Assembly: GCA_900554405.1 (NCBI GenBank)
Contig: USHI01000001.1
Span: forward strand, 1 to 36,576
From: an uncultured Eubacteriales bacterium
GTDB taxonomy: Bacteria; Bacillota; Clostridia; Oscillospirales; CAG-382
Length of the DNA: 36,576 nt
Direction of reading: 5' to 3'
Both the position numbers and the translations under genes were made by a program. This document shows, one piece after another, positions 1-8,690 of the stretch; position 1 is the stretch's first letter; every line of letters starts with the position of its first letter. The notes below the pieces were generated by a model. That model made no database searches and was not told where the DNA came from. It was given only the letters and a program-made list of their open reading frames with translations.

Positions 1-1160
1 AGTATGTTTTCGGCGAAAGGCTGCTTGTCCAGAACCCGCCCATGCCGCCGCTCACCCGCAAGGAGCTGGATGCGGTCTATTCGCTCCCTTATATGCGGAC
101 ATACCACCCGATGTACGAAAGCGCCGGCGGTGTTCCCGCTATCGAGGAGGTGCGGTTTTCCATAACTCACAACCGCGGCTGCTTCGGCGGGTGCAATTTC
201 TGTTCCATTGCCTTTCATCAGGGGCGCACGGTCACATCACGTTCTATTGCATCCTGCGTGGAGGAGGCACACCGCATTGCCTCCATGCCGGATTTCAAGG
301 GCTATATACACGATGTCGGCGGGCCGAGCGCGAACTTCCGCGCCAACAATTGCGAAAAGGCAAAAAAGTTCGGCGTGTGCAAGGGCAAAAACTGCCTCAC
401 GCCGAAGGTCTGCCCGAATATGCGTGTCGATCACAGCGAATATATCGAGCTGCTCAAAGCCATCGAGGCGGTGCCGGGTGTAAAGAAGGTCTTTATCCGC
501 TCCGGGCTGCGGTATGATTATATTCTTGCGGATAAAAACAATGCCTTCTTCCGCAAGCTTGTGAGTGACCATATAAGCGGGCACCTGAAGGTTGCGCCGG
601 AGCATTGCTGCAACAATGTTCTTGCGCTTATGGGCAAACCGCCGATCGAGGATTACGACAGATTCAAAGCCGAATTTGCACGGCTCACAAAGGCGGCGGG
701 GAAGGAACAGTATATCGTTCCCTACCTCATGTCATCCCACCCCGGCAGTACGCTCGGCTCTGCCGTGGAGCTGGCTGTTTACCTGAAAAAGAACCGATTG
801 AACCCGGAGCAGGTGCAGGATTTTTATCCGACACCCGGCACGGCATCCACCTGTATGTTCTATACCGGTATCGACCCGGAAACCGGCAGGGAGGTGTATG
901 TTGCCCGCGATTACGAGGAAAAGCGTATGCAGCGTGCGCTTTTGCAGTTCGCCCGCCCGCAGAACGCCGAAATCGTCCGCAAGGCGCTTCGGCTTGCCGG
1001 CAGGGAGGAGCTTATCGGCTATTCGCCGGAATGCCTTGTCCGCCCGGCGCAGCCACCCCGCGGCAAGGGTATGCAGCCGGGGAAGGGCTTCCGCGGCAAG
1101 GGCAACGGCAACGGAGGCGCACAAAAGCAGCACAAGCCCGAAAGGCGTAAAAGAAAATAA
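1..1160 (+). CDS. YgiQ-family radical SAM protein (UPF0313), C-terminal part; the 5' end lies outside the window
   Basis: The frame is open from nt 3 (YVFGERLLVQNPP precedes the first Met of ORF 42..1160). It has the radical-SAM Cys triad CFGGCNFC and a YgiQ-like body, and ends in a Gly/Lys/Arg-rich tail. TAA stop at 1158-1160. Confidence 0.85.
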   Translation, partial: YVFGERLLVQNPPMPPLTRKELDAVYSLPYMRTYHPMYESAGGVPAIEEVRFSITHNRGCFGGCNFCSIAFHQGRTVTSRSIASCVEEAHRIASMPDFKGYIHDVGGPSANFRANNCEKAKKFGVCKGKNCLTPKVCPNMRVDHSEYIELLKAIEAVPGVKKVFIRSGLRYDYILADKNNAFFRKLVSDHISGHLKVAPEHCCNNVLALMGKPPIEDYDRFKAEFARLTKAAGKEQYIVPYLMSSHPGSTLGSAVELAVYLKKNRLNPEQVQDFYPTPGTASTCMFYTGIDPETGREVYVARDYEEKRMQRALLQFARPQNAEIVRKALRLAGREELIGYSPECLVRPAQPPRGKGMQPGKGFRGKGNGNGGAQKQHKPERRKRK

Positions 1161-1166
1161 AAAAGA

Positions 1167-1206
1167 CCCCCTTTTACACGGTATTCCACCGCCGCGCAAA
1201 AGGGGG
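1167..1206. terminator. Hairpin between convergent genes, probably a bidirectional terminator (better on the minus strand)
   Basis: CCCCCTTTT (1167-1175) pairs with AAAAGGGGG (1198-1206), with an inner CGGT/ACCG stem in the loop. On the minus strand it is followed by TCTTTTTTATTTT, downstream of the ABC ATPase stop at 1238. Confidence 0.5.
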
Positions 1207-1237
1207 ATTCTTTATGAGGAGAACATGGTTTCGGATA

Positions 1238-2029
1238 CTAAATAACTTTTGAAAGAAATTCCTGCAAACGTTTGTTTTTCGGGTGATTGAAGATATCGTC
1301 CGGAGTTCCGCTTTCCAGTATTTTGCCGTTGTCCATGAAAAGGATACGGTTTGCTACCTCGCGGGCAAACGCCATTTCGTGCGTGACAATGACCATTGTC
1401 ATGCCCTCGGCGGCGACCTGCTTGATCAGATCCAGCACTTCGCCCACCATTTCCGGGTCCAGAGCGCTTGTCGGTTCGTCAAACAGAATCATCTTCGGGT
1501 TCATCGCAAGCGCCCGCACGATGGCGATCCGCTGCTTCTGCCCGCCGGAAAGCGTGCTGGGATAACAGTCCGCCTTGTCCGCAAGCCCGATCCGCGCAAG
1601 CAGCCTTTCGGCATTCGCCTTTATATCCGCGCGTACTTTTGCCTTGTCGGCAACAGGCAGCTTGTTTTTGGAAAACAGGTTGTGCCGCAGGGCTTTTTTG
1701 CGGTCGGAAAAGGCAACGTAAAGCGGCGCGAGCATGATGTTTTCGAGCACCGTTTTGTTGTTGAAAAGGTTGAAGCTCTGGAATACCATCCCGATATGCC
1801 TGCGGCTGATATTTATATCCACCTTCATATCGGCAAGATCCTTGCCTTCGAAATATATCGAACCGCCCGTCGGGTCCTCCAGGCAGTTTATACAGCGCAG
1901 GAACGTACTTTTCCCGCTCCCGGAGGGGCCTATAACGGCGACTTTTTCGCCCTCCGCGATCTCTGCGGATATCCCGTCGAGAACATTCAGCTTCCCGAAG
2001 CTTTTTTTGAGATCAACGATTTTTATCAA
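1238..2029 (-). CDS. Amino-acid ABC transporter ATP-binding protein (GlnQ/HisP type)
   Basis: Walker [10 protein letters not shown], signature LSGGQKQR and Walker [12 protein letters not shown] are present. The start overlaps the permease stop. TAG stop. Confidence 0.9.
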   Translation of the reverse strand: MIKIVDLKKSFGKLNVLDGISAEIAEGEKVAVIGPSGSGKSTFLRCINCLEDPTGGSIYFEGKDLADMKVDINISRRHIGMVFQSFNLFNNKTVLENIMLAPLYVAFSDRKKALRHNLFSKNKLPVADKAKVRADIKANAERLLARIGLADKADCYPSTLSGGQKQRIAIVRALAMNPKMILFDEPTSALDPEMVGEVLDLIKQVAAEGMTMVIVTHEMAFAREVANRILFMDNGKILESGTPDDIFNHPKNKRLQEFLSKVI

Positions 2030-2714
2030 CCTTGGAAAGCCTCCTTTCGAGAATTCTGATGATATAGGTTATCATCAGTACAAGCACAAGGTATACCGCC
2101 GCAAGCATCAGATACGGTATGACATATTCGTAGTTCGCATCCCCGATCTGCTTGAATGCTTTTGTGAGGTCGATGACCGTGATAAAGCTGACGACCGAGG
2201 TCTCTTTTATAAGCGAGATGAATTCGTTCCCGAGCGTGGGAAGAATGTTTTTTATCCCCTGCGGGATAACGATCTTCATCATGGAGGCGTTGTATGTCAG
2301 CCCCAGCGCGCGTGCCGCCTCCATCTGACCGGGGTCGACCGCCTGCATACCGCTTCGCATTATTTCCGAAACGTATGCGCCGCTGTTCATGCCGAAGATG
2401 ATTATGGCTACGATCATCGAATCGAGCTTGACACCCATTGCGGGGAGAAGGACATAATAACCCACAAGCAGCTGCACAACGATCGGCGTTCCGCGGAATA
2501 TCGCAACATAAACGTTGCATATGCCCGAAAGTATTTTCGGCAGCAGCTTGTATTTCGGATAAAGCCGCACCGCGGCGATGATAATGCCTATGATAATGCC
2601 GATAAGAAGCCCGAAAACCGCTATGCGCAGAGTCGCGGAAAGACCGCTTAACGCGGTCTTCCAGCCTTCACGCTCTATGAATTTGTAGCAAAATGCGCTC
2701 CACTCTTTGCTCAT
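2013..2714 (-). CDS. Amino-acid ABC transporter permease (His/Glu/Gln/Arg/opine family)
   Basis: 233-aa polytopic membrane protein with the typical EAA-like region ([11 protein letters not shown]). The ATGA overlap with the upstream binding-protein gene and a 17-nt overlap with the ATPase gene suggest translational coupling. Confidence 0.9.
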   Translation of the reverse strand: MSKEWSAFCYKFIEREGWKTALSGLSATLRIAVFGLLIGIIIGIIIAAVRLYPKYKLLPKILSGICNVYVAIFRGTPIVVQLLVGYYVLLPAMGVKLDSMIVAIIIFGMNSGAYVSEIMRSGMQAVDPGQMEAARALGLTYNASMMKIVIPQGIKNILPTLGNEFISLIKETSVVSFITVIDLTKAFKQIGDANYEYVIPYLMLAAVYLVLVLMITYIIRILERRLSKVDKNR

Positions 2715-3616
2715 TTTATATCCTTGATCTTGCTGATGACCTGTTCCGCCGTGGTGCAGTCATCAAAGTAGTGGTCATCCTCATTGCAGACAATGACCTG
2801 CGATGCGGAGTAGTAGGAGTTCGAGAAGCTTACGAGCTTTGCACGGGTCTCGTTCACCGTCATGCCGGCGATAGCGCAGTCGATGCCGTTCTTGCCGACA
2901 GAGGTGGGGATAGCGTCGAAATCGGTTTCGACAACGACAAGCTCCTTGCCGAGCTTTGCGGCGATAAGGGAGGCGATCTCTATATCAATGCCTGCGACCT
3001 TGTTGCCGACGGTGAATTCAAAGGGAGCAAAGGAAGCGTTTGTGGCAAATACAAGCTGATCCTTGCTTTCGTCTACGGTGCCGTAATCAAAGGTATCGCC
3101 GTTCCAGTCTGCGGAGTTGCCGCCGAAATCGGTGTACTTTTTGACAATTTCATCGACATTGATCTCGGCAAGCGCGGAATTGATCTGGTCAAGAAGCTCG
3201 GGCTGAGCCTTGTCCACGGCTATCGCGTAAAGCTCTTCGCCGCTGAGCGCGATATCGATCATCTTGACACCGCTTGCGGCGGAGACGATGTTCTTTGCAA
3301 CGTCGCGGTCGATAACGACATAATCAAGGTTTCCGGCTTTGAGATCCGCAACCGCAAGAGGGCCGGTCTCGTAAGCCTTGCCTTCGAGGTTGGGGAAGCC
3401 TTCGAAATCCCAATCGGGATCGCCCACAATGTAGTAGAAACCGGTGGTGCCGGCCTGGGCGCCGAATTTGTTTCCGGAAGCCTTCGGGGCGGTGCTGCCG
3501 TCCCCGGCGGTGCTTCCGGCGGCGGAGCTTTCGTTTTCGTCTTTGTTGCAGGCGGTCAGCCCGGCGCAGGTTATAACTGCGGTGAGCACAAGCAGTATAG
3601 CAAGCAGTTTTTTCAT
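2711..3616 (-). CDS. Amino-acid ABC transporter substrate-binding lipoprotein (family-3 SBP) with swapped segment order
   Basis: I place the start at the ATG at 3616 (MKKLLAILLVLTAVITCAGLTAC, signal peptide plus lipobox LTAC), preceded by AGGAAA, rather than at the ORF-track start 3766. SBP_bac_3-type motifs are present (FGAQAGTTG; LVFATNASFAPFEF; GIDIEIASLIAAKLG; AIAGMTVNETR). Confidence 0.85.
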   Translation of the reverse strand: MKKLLAILLVLTAVITCAGLTACNKDENESSAAGSTAGDGSTAPKASGNKFGAQAGTTGFYYIVGDPDWDFEGFPNLEGKAYETGPLAVADLKAGNLDYVVIDRDVAKNIVSAASGVKMIDIALSGEELYAIAVDKAQPELLDQINSALAEINVDEIVKKYTDFGGNSADWNGDTFDYGTVDESKDQLVFATNASFAPFEFTVGNKVAGIDIEIASLIAAKLGKELVVVETDFDAIPTSVGKNGIDCAIAGMTVNETRAKLVSFSNSYYSASQVIVCNEDDHYFDDCTTAEQVISKIKDIK

Positions 3617-3658
3617 TTCGGTGTTTTCCTTTCGGGTGTAGGTTTTGTTGATGTGGGC

Positions 3659-3687
3659 ATTATAACGCATAAATATGCGCATGTCAA
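3659..3687 (-). promoter_or_regulatory. Sigma-A-type promoter of the ABC transporter operon
   Basis: Minus strand reads TTGACA (3687-3682), a 17-nt spacer, then TATAAT (3664-3659), about 40 nt upstream of the ATG at 3616. The spacer contains the inverted repeat CGCAT-N4-ATGCG. Confidence 0.55.
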
Positions 3688-3852
3688 TAGGATATTTGCA
3701 AAAATATTCAACAAAAGCGGATGAATATACATTCGACTGGATGTCAAAATGCACAAAAACGCCCATATCACCGCCGTTTGGCGCTCTGCCCGGGCGGATA
3801 ATATGCGCGTTTTATGTATGAAAGTGCGTTTTATGCTGTATAATCGTGCGGA

Positions 3853-5175
3853 TTATGCGTTGTGCTTATATAATTCGTCGCGCAATGCAGAGCATTCGGC
3901 GGCAAACCGGCTTATTGAATAATTCTCATAAGGAACTATCCCGGTGCTGAATTCATCGTTAAGCGGTTCTTTCAGATCGGCGGGGATTCCGGCGGCGCCG
4001 TGAAGCGCGCCCAGAACCGAGCCGATGGTAGCGCCGTTGCAATCGGTATCGAACCCGCACTCTATGGCAAAGCAGATGCTTTCGCGGAAATCGCCGCGGC
4101 AGAAGAACATGGCGCTTATACATATCTGCGCGTTGTTGATCGTGTGGACGGGGTGGTATTTCTTCGCCTCTGCGATCACCTGTGCGATGTATTCCGCACG
4201 GTCGGTCGCGGCAAGCGCGCTTTCCCGCGCGGCAAGAGCGGCTTCGTAAAAGCGGCTCTTCTTGGGTACGACAGCCAGAGCTTTGAAGAAGCACTCATCG
4301 AGGCTGCTTTCGGTGAAAGCGGCAGCGATCATCGCGGCAAAGAACATTTCGCCGTAAATGCCGTTCTTGACATGGGAAAACCAGGCGTCTTTATATGCCG
4401 CCTCCGCGGCTTTTCCCGGCATCCCCGCCTGGATATAGCCGAACGCATCCGCGCGTATCTGTGCGCCGATCCATTCGCGGTAGGGATTCAGGTAGGTATT
4501 CACCTTCGCTTCGCGCATCAGCTCCATGGCATTGGGGACACGAGACCAGGGGAGAATTCCGTCGATATTGGCAAAGTTCAGGTATGCCTGTGTTTCAGCC
4601 GTACATACCTCGCGGAAGGGGAGCTTGTGAAGCCACATTTCGGCAACGTCGCAGCTGTTGAAATCCGCGCCGTGGCTGCGCTGAACAAGATAGTTCAGCA
4701 CGGTGTAGCGTATATCATCGTCCGTCGGCATACGGCATATTTTTTCGTCCGTCGCGCCTCCTTCGTTGCGCTCCGTGCCGGAAACCGTCGGCACAAAGCC
4801 GCGGATCGGGTATTTGCCGGCATTTTTATACCATTCGGTTATTTTTTCCGCCGACCAGCCCTCCACCGGCTGCCCGATGGCTCAGCCGAGCCATGCGCCG
4901 TGGAAGCGGTCCGCATCGATCGCGGTGTATGCCTCCTCCTGCGGGAAATCGCATTCGGCTTTGATCCCGTCAAGCTCCGTCGGTTCGCTGTAAGCAAAGC
5001 CTTCCCGCATGGGCGCTTGCTGCATCTCCCCGTAAAAAGCCATCAAAGCGGTTTTGTCCGTGCCGCAGGCATCAATGCGGGCGTTTGCCGCGGCGCGGTC
5101 GATATCGCGCCCTTCCTCATAAAGTTGTGTTGCTTCGAGCCTCAAAAGAGAAATAAGCGGTTCGTAGCCTGCCAT
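3853..5175 (-). pseudogene. ADP-ribosylglycohydrolase family gene interrupted by one in-frame TGA (4882-4884). The ORF track shows it as 4882..5190 plus 3853..4866
   Basis: Both ORFs are in the same frame and are separated only by the TGA and 5 codons, reading ...DRFHGAWLG-TGA-AIGQPVEGWSAEKI... The C-terminal part carries the family motif DTDCNGATIGSVLGALHG. The probable start is the ATG at 5175 (MAGYEPL), preceded by GGAGGA. Confidence 0.65.
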
Positions 5176-5266
5176 GAAAACATCCTCCAAAAATCGATTC
5201 TTTCGTTTATTTTATTGTATTTCCGCCGGTGCGGTCAATGCGTTCGGTATTACGGCGCGATTGCTG

Positions 5267-5818
5267 TCATTTCGTTTCGGCGATATAAAAATACGGGCTG
5301 GACGGCGAATTGATTATTCTGAATTTCGCGCAGCAGTATTTGTGCCTGTCGAGCTGTGCGAGCCGCCTGCCGATCAGCTCGCCTTCAAGCTCGCCCTCCG
5401 GGTGCCCGGGATACACGGCGATAAGCAGTATCCCGTCCGGAGCGAGCAGCCCGAGCGCCGTGTCTATCGCCGCAAGAGTGGTTTCGTGCCTTGTGGTAAT
5501 GCTTTTATCGCCGCCGGGCAGCCAGCCGAGGTTGAACATTCCCGCCTTTATCGGGCGGTCGATGTATTTTGCGGCATTGTGGTGCGAATCGCAGATCAGC
5601 GTGTAATTTTCGGGAGCGTTGTTTTCCTCAAGCCGCTTTCTTGTGCTTTCGAGCGCTCCTTTCTGAATGTCGAAGGCAAAAACCTGCCCGCCTTCGCCCA
5701 CCGTTTGGGAAAAGAAAAGCGTGTCGTGTCCGTTGCCCATCGTGAAATCGGCAACGGTGTCGCCCGCGCCGATGTGTTTGAGTATAAAGCTTTTTTCGGT
5801 TTCCAGAATATCAAGCAT
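5267..5818 (-). CDS. Small class I SAM-dependent methyltransferase (YtqB/MnmM-like, putative RNA methylase family)
   Basis: Motifs DFTMGNGHDTLF, VFAFDIQ and NLGWLPGGDK are as I recall for Bacillus YtqB. I prefer the internal start MLDILE (5818), because the longer ORF (5845) runs into a terminator-like hairpin. The start is uncertain and the SD is weak. Confidence 0.7.
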   Translation of the reverse strand: MLDILETEKSFILKHIGAGDTVADFTMGNGHDTLFFSQTVGEGGQVFAFDIQKGALESTRKRLEENNAPENYTLICDSHHNAAKYIDRPIKAGMFNLGWLPGGDKSITTRHETTLAAIDTALGLLAPDGILLIAVYPGHPEGELEGELIGRRLAQLDRHKYCCAKFRIINSPSSPYFYIAETK

Positions 5819-5821
5819 AAA

Positions 5822-5862
5822 AGTACCAAAACAGGGCTGCCGCATTATTTATGCGACAGCCC
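5822..5862 (-). terminator. Probable intrinsic terminator after the Gfo/Idh/MocA gene
   Basis: Minus strand reads GGGCTGTCGCA-N7-TGCGGCAGCCC (11 bp, one mismatch) followed by TGTTTTGGTACTTTT. Confidence 0.45.
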
Positions 5863-5877
5863 GGCTGCCATTTTCGG

Positions 5878-6912
5878 TTATTTGTTCGGGTGAATATATA
5901 CGCGGTTGCCGGTCTTGCCGCTTTCGTAAATGCCGCAGATCATTTCCATTGTCTCGTATGCGCTTTCCACGGGGATAAACATCTTTTCGCCGGTGGCAAG
6001 GCATTCATAGAAGTTGTTGATCTGGTGGCAGTGGTTCACGCCCCAGTAGGATTTCACGTTGCCGTAACCGAAATCTTCGTTCGGACGGTCGGCTTTCAGA
6101 ACTCTGCCGTCGTTCAGGCGGATCTCTGCACGGTCGGCTTCTAGCTTGGCAACGCCGTTTTCGCAATAAAGCTCTATATAAACATCGGCATCATAGCCGT
6201 AGTAATTGATAGCGTGAAAGTTGGCAAGAAGCCCGTTGTCGAAGCGGATAACGCCCTCCGCGGTGTCCTCGACATCGATCTTGGCATGGCCGCGGTTTGC
6301 GATCGTCGCATAGACGGATTCCACGGGGCGGTTGACAAGGTAACGCATCATGTCGAGCGTGTGGATGGCCTGGTCGATTATAACGCCGCCGCCTTCTTTA
6401 TCCCATGTGCCCTTCCAATCGCTGCTGCCGTAGTAGGAATCGCTGCGATCCCAGGTGACATAGCACTTCGCGGAAAGAATCCTGCCGAGCGTGCCGTCGT
6501 CAAGAAGCTGCTTTGTAAGCACGGTGCCGGCATTGTAGCGGTTCTGGAAAATGCAGGCAAGCGTAACGCCGCATTCGTTTGCGGTGTCGATCATTGCCTT
6601 GCTGTCCTCCAGCTTGATGGACATGGGCTTTTCGGTCAAAACGTGCTTGCCGCGCTTCATGCATTCGATCGCGACGATGGGGTGGAGATAGTGGGGCAGG
6701 CAGATATGGACAACGTCGATATCCTCTTTATCGAGCATCTCTTTGTAGTCGTAATAAGCCTTGCAGCCGAATTCCTTTGCCTTTGCGTCCGCGCGGTCCT
6801 TTTTGTTGTCGCACACGGCGACAAGCTCCGCATTGGGGCAGCGGGTTATGCTCACTGCGTGCATCGGGAAAATATTGCCGCAGCCGATAACCGCGGATCT
6901 GAACTTTTTCAT
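5878..6912 (-). CDS. Gfo/Idh/MocA family oxidoreductase
   Basis: N-terminal Rossmann motif AVIGCGNI, the EKP motif (LTEKPM) and a typical C-terminal alpha/beta domain. 344 aa. Confidence 0.9.
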   Translation of the reverse strand: MKKFRSAVIGCGNIFPMHAVSITRCPNAELVAVCDNKKDRADAKAKEFGCKAYYDYKEMLDKEDIDVVHICLPHYLHPIVAIECMKRGKHVLTEKPMSIKLEDSKAMIDTANECGVTLACIFQNRYNAGTVLTKQLLDDGTLGRILSAKCYVTWDRSDSYYGSSDWKGTWDKEGGGVIIDQAIHTLDMMRYLVNRPVESVYATIANRGHAKIDVEDTAEGVIRFDNGLLANFHAINYYGYDADVYIELYCENGVAKLEADRAEIRLNDGRVLKADRPNEDFGYGNVKSYWGVNHCHQINNFYECLATGEKMFIPVESAYETMEMICGIYESGKTGNRVYIHPNK

Positions 6913-6939
6913 AATGTTACCTCTCGAAATTCTTCAATT

Positions 6940-6961
6940 ATAGTGCCAATATAGTGCCAAT
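6940..6961 (-). repeat. Perfect tandem 11-mer (minus strand ATTGGCACTAT x2) in the 5' region of the oxidoreductase gene
   Basis: Plus strand reads ATAGTGCCAAT ATAGTGCCAAT at 6940-6950 and 6951-6961, about 28 nt upstream of the ATG at 6912 and just downstream of a -10 box. Confidence 0.8.
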
Positions 6962-6964
6962 CGG

Positions 6965-6992
6965 ATTATAGCACAAAAATATCATATTGCAA
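6965..6992 (-). promoter_or_regulatory. Candidate sigma-A promoter of the oxidoreductase gene
   Basis: Minus strand reads TTGCAA (6992-6987), a 16-nt spacer, then TATAAT (6970-6965). Confidence 0.45.
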
Positions 6993-7045
6993 GTGTTTAC
7001 CGAAAAAAGCGGGAAGGTTTTCGGGCAAAAAATTTTTTTGTCCGC

Positions 7046-8548
7046 TCATCCGCGGCGGAATATGCGGTTGATCGCGGAAAAGTAATCCTTATCTATATTA
7101 TCCACCGTTTCGCGCGTGGTGCGGAACAGCCATTTGCCGCTGTCATCCCCGGGGGTGTTCATGCGCGCATCACTCCCGAAGCCGCACATATCCTGAAACG
7201 GGATCACCGCCGTTTCCGCCGAGGAGCGCCAGACCGTTTCGATAATGCTCCTGCACGCGGGAGCATTGTATCCGCCTCTGCCCCATTCGCCGCCGGCAAA
7301 CGAGCAGTATTCAAGCGCGAAATCGCGTTCCTCCGGTGCTGCCTCCCACAGCCAGCCGAGAAGCGTGTTGTTGTCGTGCGTGCCGATATAGGCAACGCAG
7401 TTTTTGGGATAATTGTGCGGCAGATGGGTGGAATCGGCATGCGGGTCGAACCCGAACTGTATAATCCGCATCCCCGGGAAGCCGGTGTCATCCAGCAGCT
7501 TTACCACATCCTCGCCGTAAACGCCGAGATCCTCTGCGATAATGGGCAGCTTTCTGCCAAGCGATTTTTCGGCCGCGGCAAACAGTGCCTTTCCCGGACC
7601 ATTTTCCCATTTGCCCTCGCGCGCGGTCACCGCATCTGCCGGCACGGTCCAATAGCTTGCAAAAGCGCGGAAATGGTCGATACGGAGAATGTCGTAAAGG
7701 CTTAGCGAATGCTTTATGCGCTCTGTCCACCATTTATAACCGGTTTCGGCGTGGTATGCCCAGTTGTACACCGGGTTGCCCCAAAGCTGCCCATCCTCCG
7801 AAAAATAATCCGGCGGGACTCCTGCGACCTTGCTCGGAAGGCAGGTATCCTCATTCAGCTCGAAAAGCTTCGGATTTGCCCATACATCCGCGCTGTCGAG
7901 CGAAACGTATATCGGTATATCCCCGATTATCTCCACGCCGATATCATTTATCCTTCGCTTTACGGAATTCCATTGCGATTCGAAAATATACTGCACGAAC
8001 CCGTGAAACAGCATTTCGCCGCGCAGCTCCGTCATGAGCGGTATCGCTTCGGAATAACGGCTTCCGCGGCTCCATTGCCAAAAGGGCTTGCCGCCGTTTT
8101 CGGATTTCAGCGCGCGGTACAGGCAGTGGTTCACAAGCCCGCGTTCGCCCATAAAACGCATCAGCCCTTCCTTTTCCGTCTCGCTCAGGCGTGAAAATGC
8201 CTTGCGCAGCAGTGCGTTCCGCGCTTTTCGCGCAAAGCCGTAATCGGCGGTGTAGGGTGTGCCGGCGTATTCGTTTTCGCGCGCTTCGTCGGCGGTGACG
8301 TATCCGTCGGAGGCAAGTGTCGCCGGGGCGATATAAAGCTCGTTCCCGGCAAAAGCGCTGTCCGAACCGTAGGGTGAATTTGCATAATCCACCGGGGTGA
8401 AGGGCAGCACCTGCCACAGCGAAAAGCCCATCTGCTTTATCGCCCTTGCAAATTCAATACATTGCTCGCCGAAAACGCCGATCCCGTATCGGGAGGGGAG
8501 CGAGCTTATGCTCATAAGTACTCCGCTTTTCCTTTTTGATTCCATCAT
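7046..8548 (-). CDS. malQ: 4-alpha-glucanotransferase (amylomaltase, GH77)
   Basis: N-terminus SGVLMSISSLPSRYGIGVFG, plus the motifs RIDHFRAF, IIAEDLG and YIGTHDNNT typical of MalQ. 500 aa. Confidence 0.9.
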   Translation of the reverse strand: MMESKRKSGVLMSISSLPSRYGIGVFGEQCIEFARAIKQMGFSLWQVLPFTPVDYANSPYGSDSAFAGNELYIAPATLASDGYVTADEARENEYAGTPYTADYGFARKARNALLRKAFSRLSETEKEGLMRFMGERGLVNHCLYRALKSENGGKPFWQWSRGSRYSEAIPLMTELRGEMLFHGFVQYIFESQWNSVKRRINDIGVEIIGDIPIYVSLDSADVWANPKLFELNEDTCLPSKVAGVPPDYFSEDGQLWGNPVYNWAYHAETGYKWWTERIKHSLSLYDILRIDHFRAFASYWTVPADAVTAREGKWENGPGKALFAAAEKSLGRKLPIIAEDLGVYGEDVVKLLDDTGFPGMRIIQFGFDPHADSTHLPHNYPKNCVAYIGTHDNNTLLGWLWEAAPEERDFALEYCSFAGGEWGRGGYNAPACRSIIETVWRSSAETAVIPFQDMCGFGSDARMNTPGDDSGKWLFRTTRETVDNIDKDYFSAINRIFRRG

Positions 8549-8636
8549 GCCCGACCTCTTGAAACGAAATTGTCACCTGTTACCAAGATTATAACGCCTG
8601 CCGCGGATTTTTTCAATACCGCTTGCCGAAAGAATG

Positions 8637-8665
8637 TTTACAACGCTGCTTTTCGGTGGTAAAAT
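8637..8665 (+). promoter_or_regulatory. Candidate sigma-A promoter of the tldD-pmbA pair
   Basis: TTTACA (8637-8642), a 17-nt spacer, then TAAAAT (8660-8665). AGGAGG lies 6 nt before the ATG at 8691. Confidence 0.5.
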
Positions 8666-8690
8666 ATAAGAAAAAACAGGAGGTATATAC

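Noticed and set aside
3617-3766. N-terminal extensions suggested by the ORF track (for example 3766 for the SBP, 9980 for pmbA, 17151 for whiA, 18001 for dnaE, 27382 for the lipoprotein, 31386 for efp, 30236 for the amidohydrolase, 25690 for infC)
   Set aside because: In each case an internal start has a proper AGGAGG-type RBS and gives the conserved family N-terminus or signal peptide. The extension overlaps the upstream gene, promoter or terminator and has no homology-like sequence.
4867-4884. Selenocysteine or genetic-code reassignment as the explanation for the in-frame TGA in the ADP-ribosylglycohydrolase gene
   Set aside because: TGA terminates at least three neighbouring genes (stops at 2013, 2711 and 11468). 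I see no convincing SECIS-like stem-loop in the ~40 nt after the TGA. The family is not known to contain Sec, and CGA-to-TGA is a one-step mutation. Recoding is kept only as a minor possibility.
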